From Eledone cirrhosa (lineage: Eukaryota), in the NCBI GenBank assembly GCA_964016885.1, contig OZ024760.1, forward strand, positions 27,342,001 to 27,406,000: a DNA stretch of 64,000 nt, in the 5' to 3' direction. The translations under genes were made by a program, and so were the position numbers. How positions within the stretch are numbered: the stretch's first letter is position 1; each line of letters starts with the position of its first letter. This document shows, piece by piece, positions 25,129-37,649 of this stretch. The notes below the pieces were generated by a model. It saw nothing but the letters and a program-made list of their open reading frames with translations, was not told where the DNA came from and made no database searches.

Positions 25129-25474
25129 ATCATCATCATCATCATCATTTCATTTTACGTCTGCTTTTCCCTGCTTGCAAGGGTGGGACGGGAACTGATT
25201 CTGGCTTGATTTCTACAGCTGGATGCCCTTCCTAACACCAACCTCATTTACAGTGAGTGCTGGGTGCTTTTTTGCCATGGCACCTCCACGACCACTTTGC
25301 AGTGGAAGATAGGGACCCCAGTCCCTATCATCTCATTTCTACAGCTGAGTAAACTGGAGCAATGTGAAATAAAGTGTCTTGCTCAAGGAAACAACACATC
25401 ACCCGGTCTGAGAATTGAACTCACAACCTTTCGATTGCAAGGCCAATGCTCTAACCACTAAGCCATGTGCCTCC
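25129..25474 (-). mobile_element. SINE family 2
   Basis: Full head-to-(GAT)n copy in reverse orientation. Confidence 0.88.
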
Positions 25475-25599
25475 ATGTACATATGCATTGATGTCTGATG
25501 TTTTGGATCATCAGAGGAGATGACGAAGGACCGTGATGAATGGAGAGATGCTGTGCTGGAAAGGACCCGTCTGACCCTTGCAAGCAAGGAAAAGCGGAC

Positions 25600-26000
25600 G
25601 TATGATGATGATAATTGTGCTGGTGATGGTGTGATGGTGATGATGATGGTGATGATAGTGATGATGATGGTGGTGATGGTGATGTTGTGATGGCGGTGAT
25701 GGTGATGGTGGTGATGGTGGTGGTTATAGTGATGATGGTGGTGATGGTGATGATGGTGATGGTGGTGATGGCGATGATGGTGATGATGATGATGGTGGTG
25801 ATGATGATGGTGGTGATGATGATGGTGGTGATGATAATGGTGTGATGGTGGTGATGATGATGGTGATGGTCTGATGGTGATGGTGATGATGGTGATGGTG
25901 ATGATGATATTGGTGATGATGATAGTGGTGATGATGATAGTGGTGATGGCAGTGATGGTGATGGTGGTGATAGTGATGGTGGTGATGGTGATGGTGATTG
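25600..26000. repeat. (GAT/GGT)n trinucleotide microsatellite
   Basis: Directly visible. Confidence 0.95.
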
Positions 26001-26417
26001 TATCGGTGCTGTCATTGATCTAACTCCCATCCCACCCTTGCAAGCAAGGAAAAGCAGACATAAAATGATGTTGATGATGATGATGATGGTGTCGCTGACC
26101 TAACTCCTGTGTTAACGAGCTTTGTTGGAGGTGAGGCTTAGCATTGGAAATACCTTTGTGTTGTAGGTCAAGGTTAATACTGAATGTAACTATGATCATA
26201 CGAGCTTATAGAAACAGCTTTTGTTTTGTTTTATTTTTCCATAATAAGCATTTAAAGTTGAATAAATAAATATATGTTTCCCACCAGAGATATAATGAAC
26301 AAAGAAAAGAGGTGAGTTTTAATGCCATAACATCATATAATTATGGTCATAAAAAATTCAGAACTTATGAATGAATTAGTGCAATGAATATAATACAATA
26401 CCAGAGTTAAAAACAAG

Positions 26418-28498
26418 GCAGTGAATTGGTTGAGTCATTAGAATGTTGGATAGAATGCTTTGTGGTATTTGAGTTTAGATCCTACCGAGGTCAACTTTTC
26501 CTTTCATTCTTTCGGGGTTAACAAATAAAGATGGCAAATAGGCAGAGTCATTAGAATGTTGGATAGAATGCTTTGTGGTATTTGGGTTTAGATGCTACCG
26601 AGGTCAACTTTTCCTTTCATTCTTTCGGGGTTAACAAATAAAGATGGCAAATAGGCAGAGTTATTAGAATGTTGGATAGAATGCTTTGTGGTATTTGGGT
26701 TTAGATGCTACCGAGGTCAACTTTTCCTTTCATTCTTTCGGAGTTAACAAATAAAGATGGCAAATAGGCAGAGTCATTAGAATGTTGGATAGAATGCTTT
26801 GTGGTATTTGGGTTTAGATGCTACCGAGGTCAACTTTTCCTTTCATTCTTTCGGGGTTAACAAATAAAGATGGCAAATAGGCAGAGTTATTAGAATGTTG
26901 GATAGAATGCTTTGTGGTATTTGGGTTTAGATGCTACCGAGGTCAACTTTTCCTTTCATTCTTTCGGAGTTAACAAATAAAGATGGCAAATAGGCAGAGT
27001 TATTAGAATGTTGGATAGAATGCTTTGTGGTATTTGGGTTTAGATGCTACCGAGGTCAACTTTTCCTTTCATTCTTTCGGAGTTAACAAATAAAGATGGC
27101 AAATAGGCAGAGTTATTAGAATGTTGGATAGAATGCTTTGTGGTATTTGGGTTTAGATGCTACCGAGGTCAACTTTTCCTTTCATTCTTTCGGGGTTAAC
27201 AAATAAAGATGGCAAATAGGCAGAGTTATTAGAATGTTGGATAGAATGCTTTGTGGTATTTGGGTTTAGATGCTACCGAGGTCAACTTTTCCTTTCATTC
27301 TTTCGGAGTTAACAAATAAAGATGGCAAATAGGCAGAGTTATTAGAATGTTGGATAGAATACTTTGTGGTATTTGGGTTTAGATGCTACCGAGGTCAACT
27401 TTTCCTTTCATTCTTTCGGAGTTAACAAATAAAGATGGCAAATAGGCAGAGTTATTAGAATGTTGGATAGAATGCTTTGTGGTATTTGGGTTTAGATGCT
27501 ACCGAGGTCAACTTTTCCTTTCATTCTTTCGGGGTTAACAAATAAAGATGGCAAATAGGCAGAGTTATTAGAATGTTGGATAGAATGCTTTGTGGTATTT
27601 GGGTTTAGATGCTACCGAGGTCAACTTTTCCTTTCATTCTTTCGGAGTTAACAAATAAAGATGGCAAATAGGCAGAGTTATTAGAATGTTGGATAGAATG
27701 CTTTGTGGTATTTGGGTTTAGATGCTACCGAGGTCAACTTTTCCTTTCATTCTTTCGGGGTTAACAAATAAAGATGGCAAATAGGCAGAGTTATTAGAAT
27801 GTTGGATAGAATGCTTTGTGGTATTTGGGTTTAGATGCTACCGAGGTCAACTTTTCCTTTCATTCTTTCGGAGTTAACAAATAAAGATGGCAAATAGGCA
27901 GAGTTATTAGAATGTTGGATAGAATGCTTTGTGGTATTTGGGTTTAGATGCTACTGAGGTCAACTTTTCCTTTCATTCTTTCGGGGTTAACAAATAAAGA
28001 TGGCAAATAGGCAGAGTTATTAGAATGTTGGATAGAATGCTTTGTGGTATTTGGGTTTAGATGCTACCGAGGTCAACTTTTCCTTTCATTCTTTCGGGGT
28101 TAACAAATAAAGATGGCAAATAGGCAGAGTTATTAGAATGTTGGATAGAATGCTTTGTGGTATTTGGGTTTAGATGCTACTGAGGTCAACTTTTCCTTTC
28201 ATTCTTTCGGGGTTAACAAATAAAGATGGCAAATAGGCAGAGTTATTAGAATGTTGGATAGAATGCTTTGTGGTATTTGAGTTTAGATCCTACCGAGGTG
28301 AACTTTTTCTTTCATTCTTTCGGAGTTAACAAATAAAGATGGCAAATAGGCAGAGTTATTAGAATGTTGGATAGAATGCTTTGTGGTATTTGGGTTTAGA
28401 TCCTACCGAGGTCAACTTTTTCTTTCATTCTTTCGGAGTTAACAAATAAAGATGGCAAATAGGCAGAGTTATTAGAATGTTGGATAGAATGCTTTGTG
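26418..28498 (+). repeat. 113-bp satellite, ~18.5 copies, derived from a MetaSINE-like SINE
   Basis: gaggtcaac recurs every 113 bp from 26487 to 28408. The unit contains ccgaggtcaacttttcctttcattctttcggggt, like SINE family 1 (ccgaggttgactttgcctttcatccttacggggt). Confidence 0.93.
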
Positions 28499-28499
28499 C

Positions 28500-28790
28500 T
28501 ATTGGTTGCGTGCGGGAGAGAAGACTGCATTGGTATGGACATGTGATGCGCATGGAAGATGACCGCTGGGTAAAGAAGTACCAAGAAATCCCAGCAGAAG
28601 GAAGATGCAGTAGAGGAAGACGACGAAAAAACATGGGCGAAGGTGGTGAGAGCTGACCTCAGATCACTGAGGCTCACGGAGAAGATGACGAAGGACCATG
28701 ACAAGTGGAGAGATGCTGTGCTGAATAGGACCCGTCCCACCCTTGCAAGCAGGGAAAAGCAGATGTAAAATGATGATGATGATGATGATC
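28500..28790 (+). mobile_element. RTE 3' fragment
   Basis: RERRLHWYGHVMRMEDDRWVKK... followed by the (GAT)n tail. Confidence 0.88.
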
Positions 28791-29411
28791 TGCTCTCTGA
28801 TTTCAAATCTTGCCGAGGTCAACTTTGCCTATCAACCATTCAAGGTCGATAAAAAAAGTACCAGACAAGTACTGCAGTTGATTCTTCCTCTATATTTGTT
28901 TCTCCATTCCATTCTCTCTCGCACTCTATCCTTCTCTGGGAGAAAGCTGCTTTATTCAGACCTGGAGAAGACATGGACTCCACCAGGTTTAAAATAGCCA
29001 AGAAACACCATGTCAATATGGTAATCCTATGACTCCCACAAGTGTTTATAAGTTCAAATATACACACAACCTCCCAGAAACTCACTTGTAAGGAGACCTT
29101 CATCACTGTTCTAGTTGTTCGATCAACTTATACTACTCATTCACATGTATGTGGTGGCTGAGTCGTTTCCACAGACACGTGTACCTGTGACATAATTATC
29201 ATGGAGATTTTCTATCCTTCTCTGCAAGAAATCTGCTATATTCAAGTCTGGAGAGGGATCGGCTCTGTCGGGCTTAAAATACCCAAGAATCGCTGTATAT
29301 CAATATGTCACTCCTATGATTCCATCAGCAGTTACGGAACCATACGATATACCATACCAGAGTTATTACAAAATCTGAAGAATGGCTTTGTGGGAGATAA
29401 TATATAGAAAC

Positions 29412-30843
29412 AAAAGTTGGTGTTCATCAGGGCTCCGTTCTTAGCCCCCTACTATTTATTATTGCCCTTCAGGCTATAACAGTGGAGTTCAAGACCGGCT
29501 GCCCATGGGAACTCCTATATGCAGATGATGTAACGCTCATTGCTGAACCAATGGCTGAACTAGAGAAGAAATTCCAAGCATGGAAGCACGGCCGAGAATC
29601 AAAAGGCCTTAAAATTAACCTGGCTAAGACTAAAGTTCTAGTTTGTAGGAAGGAAAATAGAGTGCCGGTCCCATCCGGGAAATGGCCATGCTCAGTGTGT
29701 AGGAAAGGAGTAGGTAGAAACTCCATTTTATGTCCCAAATGCAAAGTATGGGTGCATAAAAGATGTAGTGGGATCACAGGTAAGCTAACTAAGAACGTAG
29801 ACTTTATATGTGGCCGGTGCTCTGGTGCAATAAGTAGCAGCAAGTGGCCACAAAATACTAGCTCTTTCAATTGCACAGAGGGTTCTATGGAAATAGTGGA
29901 TAGCTTCCGTTACCTGGGTGACAAAATCAGCAGTGGGGGAGGGTGCTCTGAAAGTACAGTAGCTAGAGTCAGAACTGGATGGAAAAAGTTCAGAGAGCTT
30001 ATACCACTATTAGCCGCTAAAGGGTTCTCCCTAAAAATGAAAGGCAGGCTGTATGATGCCTGCATACGAACAGCAATGTTGCATGGCAGTGAGACCTGGG
30101 CATTGTGTGCAGAGGATATACGCAGACTAGAGAGGAATGAAGCTTGCATGCTCCGCTGGATGTGTAATAGTAATATATGTGAACGGCAAAGCATTAACGA
30201 ACTAAGGGAAAAATTAAAAATAAGAGGGATCAGATGTTGTTTACTCGAGAGAAGGCTACGTTGGTATGGTCATGTGATGCGCATGAAAGACGACAGCTGT
30301 ATAAAAAAGTGCAGGGCAATAAAAATAGACGGTAGCCACGGAGTAGGCAGACCCAGAAAAACCTGGGACGACTTGATAAATTCCGACCTCACACACTTAC
30401 ACCTCTCCAAGACAATGTCACTGGACCAAGATCTTTGGCGGTACTCAGTAATAGAGAAGACCCGCCTTACCTAAATACAAAGTAAAACCTACTACAGTCA
30501 GTAGGCACCTCTAACAAAATACACCCCCGTCCCACTACGCCCACCCCATCCACACCGCCCCTTTCAATGTAAAGTTATGTTGGTACCACAACATCCAGGC
30601 CGAAACAAATGAGGTCGTGTAGTGTCACGACAAAAAAACACACAGTCCACGCTGTAATGTGGCCGTGTAGGTAACATGGTAAAAACCTCCCAGTTCCACA
30701 CTGTAAATGTGGTTGGTGTTAGGAAAGGCATCCAGCCGTAGAAAACCCGCCAGACGGTCCTATGCGAGCAAGACAACCACTCTTGCCTCAAGTGGGAAAA
30801 CTCCCGTCCAAACCCATGCGAGCGTGGAATATGGACGTTAAAC

Positions 30844-30873
<30 letters not shown>
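29412..30873 (+). mobile_element. 5'-truncated RTE LINE (RT C-terminal part, Cys-rich insert, 3'UTR)
   Basis: KVGVHQGSVLSPLLF, ELLYADD, WPCSVCRKGVGRNSILCPKCKVWVHKRCSG, MLHGSETW, RLRWYGHV; stop at 30474; (GAT)n tail. Confidence 0.95.
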
Positions 30874-30876
<3 letters not shown>

Positions 30877-31402
30877 ACAGTTGTATATGAGTATATGGAC
30901 CTAACTAGCCTCAAATAGGACAACCAGTCTAACCCATGCTAACATGGAAAATGGACGTTAAATGATGATGATAATAACTCATAATTTCTGTTATTTCACC
31001 CTTTCATGACTGTATTTCTTATGAAAGACACTGCCTATGGTTTTCAAAGAATTTGGTGGGATTTAGTAAAATGTAGCTTTCTTATTATTAAGTTGGTGTT
31101 GGGAACATAACTTAACAACGGTTCTTATATGAAATTGTGATGGCAGTTTTTAGTTAAATATAAACACTGCCTATAATAGTCAAGAATTTGGTGGGATTTA
31201 ATGAAATATGTAACATACTCATTATTAATCTATTGTTTGACTTTGCCTTTCATCCTTACGGGGTCGATAAAATAAAGTACCAGTAATGCACTGAGTAATT
31301 GCTGGCCTTGTGCCTAAAGTAGAAACAATTATTAGTCTATTGTTTGGAACATAACAAATGTTTTAATGTAAAATTATGATAGTTTGTTTTACATAAATTT
31401 AA

Positions 31403-31698
31403 CCCTTTAGCATTTAAACCAGCCATATCTGGCCAGAACTCTCTCACCTCTTTCTGTTCAAACCAGCTGTAACTGGCCACTCATACTGATGTTAAGGTAT
31501 TATTCTCAAAATAAACACCATCAAAATTTCATAGATTCAATATTATATTGAGGATAATTATGTGAGGTAAAGCCTTTACTGTGAAAATACAATAGTATAT
31601 ATAGAGTAATGTAAATGTTATGTGAGATATTATGTGAGGTAAAGCCTTTACTGTGAAAATACAATAGTATATATAGAGTAATGTAAATGTTAAAGGGT
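31403..31698. mobile_element. piggyBac-like MITE, short form (~2 internal units)
   Basis: ttaa|ccctttagcatt ... aatgttaaaggg|ttaa. Confidence 0.85.
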
Positions 31699-32080
31699 TA
31701 ACCTTTCCATTAGCATTTATCGTATGAAAGACACTACCTATGGTTATCAAATAATGTTGAAAATAATCAAGAATTTGAAAGGATTTTAGATAGTAAATAT
31801 AGAGTAATGTAAATACTAAAGGATTAAGCTAGAAGACTCATTAGGCCGGTGCTTAACCTGGTTTCATGGCATGAAGTGACTGAGAGTACAAGACTACCCC
31901 CTGGACAGGACACCAGTCTATCACAGGGTTAAACCATAAAAGAAAAAAACAGAAAGTCACACTGGGTAATGTATTCCTTGATACAAAAAAAAAAACAAAA
32001 AAAAAACAAATGAAAGAAAAAAAAGTTGCTCAGGGTGGTGGTGGTGGTGGTGGATGGGAGGAGAATGTAGTAGAAGTGTG

Positions 32081-32149
<69 letters not shown>

Positions 32150-32279
32150 GTGCGTGTATAAATATATGTATATATTCAAATAAATATGGGAAACTCAGTC
32201 AAATCTTTTGAGATTTTCACAGCTCATGCTGAATTTTCTCATTGAAACTGCAGTACAGACACTAAATAAATAGGTAAAT

Positions 32280-34240
32280 ATAGTGTGACAATTGTTTCTG
32301 TAATGTTCAAATGTGCATGTGTTGAGAGTATTATTATTATTGTTATCTTTTCCATTACATTGGTTATATTTTATTTTAGTGAGTGTTCAAAACTTCCCAG
32401 TCGGCCACAAATACCATAATCTTATCAATAAAAATACCATTAAAATCTCTTACTCTAGCACACCTAACATCGCATACAAGATAGCTAGTAGTAATAAAAG
32501 GAAGATTAATAAGTATTTCCAACTAATTAAATCACAGCAGGGGGTAAACTTACAGAGCAACATAGTACCAGAGAATTCTAGTAGCAATAATAATAATGGT
32601 AATAGCACTAATGAAATTAATAACAATGAGAACGATAACCATCATTACCCTAATGCTATCCCTAACAACCAGGCATCTACACAACATAGTAACTGGCAAG
32701 CAAACAACCAAAATAACTGTAATTGTAGAACAAATAGAACTTGCCGCTTAGGAAAATATTGCTTAATCAAAGACATCATTTACTCATGCACAGTCAACAC
32801 AAACAACTCTTCTAAAACATATATCGGTTCAACTTCGAACTGCTTCAAGACAAGATATAACTCGCATCTCCATACTTTCAAAAATTCCAATCTAGCCAAC
32901 TCCACTTCTTTATCTAACTACATACACTCTCTGAAAACTAGGAATAGACAATATACACTTCAATGGGGAATAGTAGATAGGGCCGCATCGTATAAACCAC
33001 CGAATAAATTATGTAACCTCTGTCTTCTAGAGACCCGCACTATTATCTATTCTAAACTAGACCTCTTAAATAGAAAATCAGAAATGTTTTCCATGTGCCA
33101 ACACTACCACCGACACTCTTTCCATAACTTTAAACCTAGCTGCTAGTATATAACAATGTCAGATCTGAATTCCTCACCACCGTTAACACTTTACCTCTCG
33201 GTCTTATCAGCATATAATTACCCCCACAGCATCACACTCTATGATCAGCTCATTCCTCTACTTAACTCCTATTTATCTCTAACCTTATACTCTACAATAA
33301 CTATTAGGAATAAACATAAGGTTACCACCATTTAATATAACTACTATAGCTTACTTATATTTTATTCAGTAATGGAGAGATAATAATACAATGAGACCTT
33401 TAATGTATTATAGGAAAATAAATTATATTTATAATTAAATATATAAATTAATAACATTATATATAAGTGATTCGGTGGAATATTTAAGAGGGCGGTGGAT
33501 TGGCAGTATCGGTAGAGGGTCGGACGCCATGCTTTCCAGCATAGTTACGTCCCTTTATGATCTGAGTTCAAATCCCGCCGAGGTTGACTTTGCCTTTCAT
33601 CCTTATGGGGTCGATAAAATAAAGTACCAGTAATGCACTGGGTAATTGCTGGCCCTGTGCCTAAAGTAGAAACAATTATATATAAGTGATTCACTTATAA
33701 CATAGTATAATGTATATTAATAACACAAGAGATTTAACTAATTGGACCTGTAAACAACTATACATTTTTTCTATAGCTTACTTATATTTTATTCAGTAAT
33801 GGATACATAACAATATAATGAGACCTTTAATGTATTATAGGAAAATAGAATATATTTAAAATTAAATATAAATGAATAACATTATATAAAAGGGATTCAC
33901 TTGTAACACAATATAATGTATATTAGCAAAAGGAATTTAACTAATTGGAGCTGTAAACAACTATACATTTTTTTCTATTGTTTTCTATCATATACAAATT
34001 AATCGCTAATTTGATCTCAAACTCACTTCTGGAAATTAAACCGTTAGAAGAATCACTCCAGAACAACTCAAACCCAGGATAACAGTATAATAGGACCAAT
34101 ATACAATCCATAGCTGTATCTTATTATAAACACTAACTAAAATAAAATATAACTAATGTAATGGAAAAGATAACAATAATAATAATACTCTCAAGACGTG
34201 CACATTTGAACATTACAGAAACAATTATCACACTACATCC
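32280..34240 (+). mobile_element. 5'-truncated Naiad-type Penelope-like element with inverted pLTR; GIY-YIG ORF fragment at 32388-33146
   Basis: INKNTIKISYS...NCNCRTNRTCRLGKYCLIKDIIYSCTV...YIGSTSNCFKTRYNSH...TSLSNYIHSLK...CNLCLLE...LNRKSE...CQH. 32280-32388 is the reverse complement of 34128-34237 and contains the hammerhead half GAAAC aatt GTC. Confidence 0.88.
33491..33680 (+). mobile_element. Full-length SINE family 1 (tRNA head, MetaSINE-like core) with 18-bp TSD
   Basis: A box tggcagtatcgg, B box gagttcaaatc, core gcctttcatccttatggggtcgataaaataaagtaccag. TSD attatatataagtgattc at 33456 and 33675. Confidence 0.9.
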
Positions 34241-34561
34241 ACCATAAACTCATAATTTTAATACACAAACACCTTTGCCTGCTTGATATGCTTGTAAACC
34301 TATGTTATCTTATGTGATACCTTTGCCATGCAGTAATTAGATATGCCTAGTACCATTGCTTGTTTCCTGCCTAACTGTCCTGTATATGCCTAACGCATTT
34401 GCACTCTCTATACTGCTTTAATTATTATACTATTTTCTTGTAATCTCTGTCACATCCATTCCTCTCTGTAAATACGAAACTGTTGATGACAACATTAATA
34501 TCCATGTATCTATATGATTGTTCAGTTGAATAGGAAGCTAATTATGTCCTAACTTTGCTAG

Positions 34562-34608
34562 TGCTCCGAGGATTCCAAAGGAAAGTTTGGAAGAAATGAT
34601 TGTCAGCA
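34562..34608 (+). ncRNA. Degenerate minimal hammerhead (CCGAGGA core)
   Basis: TGCT CCGAGGA TTCCAAA ggaaag TTTGGAA GAAA t gatt g TC AGCA. Confidence 0.5.
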
Positions 34609-34960
34609 ATAAAATGATTTGAACATAGTTTTGATTATTGTGTAATTTATATTCCTGCTCTGTAAAACATCTCATGTATTTACATTGAGGTATTTCTCTA
34701 ACTGGTAATAAGGTAGTAATAAATTACTGACCTTTCCTGTTTATAGTTGTATATAGTGTATATATAACTATAAATAATATTATTATTATATATTTATATC
34801 TGTATTTTTAACCGTTGGTCAATCAACAATAAACATTGATTGCCAAATAAATTAACTATGGAGATATAAAAGATACAGAAGTGAAAACCAATCAAACAGT
34901 GAGTGTATTCTGTTATTATTTCTGGCAATATTATTATAACAATATGACCCTCCCCAAGTA

Positions 34961-34997
<37 letters not shown>

Positions 34998-35032
34998 CTA
35001 TATATATTTACGTAGACAACGTTGTTTATAAA

Positions 35033-35077
35033 GCTCTGATGATTCCTGCCCCATGGTATGGATGAAACATTGTCAGC
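35033..35077 (+). ncRNA. Minimal type-I hammerhead ribozyme, canonical core
   Basis: GCT CTGATGA t TCC TGCC ccat GGTA t GGA t GAAA C att G TC AGC. Confidence 0.7.
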
Positions 35078-35120
35078 AAATAAAAATTGTATGAGTATGT
35101 AGGCATTCTTTGATTTCTTT

Positions 35121-35149
<29 letters not shown>

Positions 35150-35152
<3 letters not shown>

Positions 35153-35357
35153 GGAAAATGTTTAACCCCGATGGCAGAGTTCAAGCCATTTCGATGGCTA
35201 TTTCGGGACTAAATTAGAATTCTAATTTAGTCCAGATTTCTGGCTTGAGCTCTGCCGTCGGGGTTAAACATTTTCCTATTACCCACTCTACTACCCTAAG
35301 TATTGAGTACTCTGGTGCGTTATGGTTCATCTGGTTCCTTACCACACTTTCTTTGTT
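35150..35357 (+). mobile_element. Family-A pLTR fragment (fold-back plus tail) in (TA)n
   Basis: taggaaaatgtttaaccccga ... tcggggttaaacattttccta, then the shared tail. Confidence 0.72.
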
Positions 35358-36210
35358 ATTTATATATATATATATACAATATTTATGAAAGTAAAGAATA
35401 GGTGTTACTCATTTACGAGGTGTATTGAAGCTCAATGCTATGATAGCATCAAACAAAGCCGATATATAATTATAATGTAATTACAAACCAAAATATAAAG
35501 TTTAAGACATTTAATTACTGACAATTATTTCTATAAGAATATAAATCTAACAGCAAATTATTTTATTTAACAATCTATTGTTAGTTAGCACAAACACTAG
35601 GAATCATCAGAGTTTATTAAAATAAAAAAACAATTAATATGATATCAAGACAAAACACTCAAGAATGGAAGAATGGAAGATAATAGATAATACAAATAAC
35701 TTATCTAATTACATAGCAGGTAAACAGAACGAGGTGTCAGATGTGTCAGAATAATTGAATATTTTTTTAATTAATAGTAACTTTCTAATTATGAATTGAA
35801 AGTTGTATAGTTTTATCAAAGAAATATTTATGCTGGACAGAAGAAATCCATTGATGTGAACAAAATTAAAAGATATTTGCTGCAGAATTAACACTACATC
35901 CCAAAACATGTGTAGTGGAACTACTTCATACCTTGCAACAACAATATTTCATATGTGATTTGGTTAAACAAACTAATCGTATTAGATCGCGTATGAATAC
36001 ACTGTTGCCTCCTCCTCATAAAACCTTCCAGTTGAGTAGAGATGACTTTGGCCAGCAAGATGAGAAGACGTACAACGGAATATCATCATCATCCTCAGAT
36101 ATATATATATAGAGAGATGTCAACATGAAAATACCTGTTATTTTTATCTAAAGACATTTTTTCCAATTCCATCCCGCCCGTCCCCTCAATCTATTTTATT
36201 TCTCATTCTT

Positions 36211-36246
36211 TCTTCTGATGAAGGACTAGCGTCCAAAACGTTAAGA
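36211..36246 (+). ncRNA. Minimal hammerhead remnant (G12 changed to A)
   Basis: TCTT CTGATGA a GGAC tagc GTCC AAAA CGTT AAGA. Confidence 0.55.
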
Positions 36247-36296
36247 CATTCTTCCTGCTATATCAATCGTTGAGAAGACGTACAACGGAATATCAT

Positions 36297-36700
36297 CCTC
36301 ATCATCATTTAACATCCATCTTCCACGCTAGCATGGGTTAGATGGGAATTGTCCCACTTGAGGCAAGATCGGTCGGGTGACCGTGTCTCGCTCGTATAGG
36401 ACTATCTGGCAGGTTTTCTATGGCTGGATGCCCTCCCTAACACCAACCACGTCTACAGTGTAGGCTGGGTGCTTTTTTACCGTATTACCTACACGGCCAC
36501 ATTACAGCGTGGACTGTGTGTTTTTTGTCGTGACACCTACACGACCTCATTAGTGTGGACTGGATGTTGTGGTACCAACATAGCTTTACAGAGAAAGGTG
36601 GTGTTGGTGGGAGTGGGAGGATGGAGTAGGGGTAGTGGGTTGGGGTGTATGTTTAGTTTGGTGGGGCCTACTGATCGTTTATCAGACAGAGAGGTTAGGG
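36297..36700 (-). mobile_element. RTE 3'UTR fragment
   Basis: Reverse complement of a sequence like 30475-30873. Confidence 0.8.
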
Positions 36701-36734
36701 TTAGGAACCTCTCTATCTGATGAACGATCTAGAC

Positions 36735-37120
36735 ATGGCTTTGTGGTTAGAGTATTGGGCTTGCAATCGAAAGGTTGTGAGTTCAATTCTCAGACTGGGT
36801 GATGTGTTGTTTCCTTGAGCAAGACACTTTATTTCACATTGCTCCAGTTTACTCAGCTGTAGAAATGAGATGATAGGACTGGGGTCCCTATCATTCCACT
36901 GCAAAGTGGTCGTGGAGGTGCCACGCCAAAAAAGCACCCAGCCCACACTGTAAAGTGGACGTGTAGGTGCCACGGAAAAAAAAGCACCCAGCACTCACTG
37001 TAAATGAGGTTGGTGTTAGGAAGGGCATCCAGCTGTAGAAATGACGCCAGAATCAGTTTCCGTCCCACCCTTGCAAGCAGGGAAAAGCGGACGTAAAATG
37101 ATGATGATGATGATGATGAT
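36735..37120 (+). mobile_element. SINE family 2
   Basis: tRNA head, CORE-like ccttgagcaagacactt, RTE-type tail and (GAT)n. Confidence 0.88.
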
Positions 37121-37121
37121 A

Positions 37122-37319
37122 TATAGGAAAATGTTTGACCCCGACGGCAGAGCTCAAGCCGTTTTGACGGCTATTTCTGAGTCCAGAAATACATGTCGAA
37201 ACGGCTTGAGCTCTGCCGTCGGGGTCATACTTTTTCCTGTTACCCACTCTACTACCCTAAGTATTGAGTACTCTGGTGCGTTATGGTCCATCTTGTTCCT
37301 TATCAAACTTCCTTCGTTT
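37122..37319 (+). mobile_element. Family-A pLTR fragment (fold-back plus tail)
   Basis: gaccccgacggcagagctcaagccgttttgac ... gtcgaaacggcttgagctctgccgtcggggtc. Confidence 0.72.
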
Positions 37320-37336
37320 ATATATATATATATATA

Positions 37337-37582
37337 AATGAAGTATTTCCGTTGGAAAGGTACAGGAAAAGAGAGTGCTCTATGTAGGCTACAGAGCTTA
37401 TTAGTTATGTAATAAACAACATAAGATAATTATTTCATTTACCAGTGGTTTCTTGAAGGCAGATGTTATGTCTGTCTTCAGTCACCAGAATCTGATGACT
37501 GAAGACAGACATAACATCTGCCTTCAAGAAACCACTGGTAAATGAAATAATTATCTTATGTTGTTTATTACATAACTAAATA
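37337..37582 (-). mobile_element. Family-E pLTR fragment: palindrome 37401-37579 with hammerhead core; diverged tail copy at ~11020-11140
   Basis: CTGAAGA cagac ataac atctg ccttcaa GAAA cca c tgg TA at 37499-37540 and its mirror image. Confidence 0.68.
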
Positions 37583-37606
37583 AATATATATATATATATA
37601 TATATG

Positions 37607-37649
<43 letters not shown>

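Noticed and set aside
26418-28498. CRISPR-like array (also considered for 4415-5413, 14830-16040 and 38385-40170)
   Set aside because: The units are contiguous with no unique spacers, there are no cas genes, and the context is eukaryotic.
33147-33330. SECIS element downstream of the Naiad-type ORF
   Set aside because: There is no in-frame TGA in the visible ORF and no convincing AUGA/AA/GA stem by eye; SECISearch would be needed.
35560-35615. Hammerhead on the minus strand (aactCTGATGAttcc...)
   Set aside because: No GAAA half or matching stems were found.
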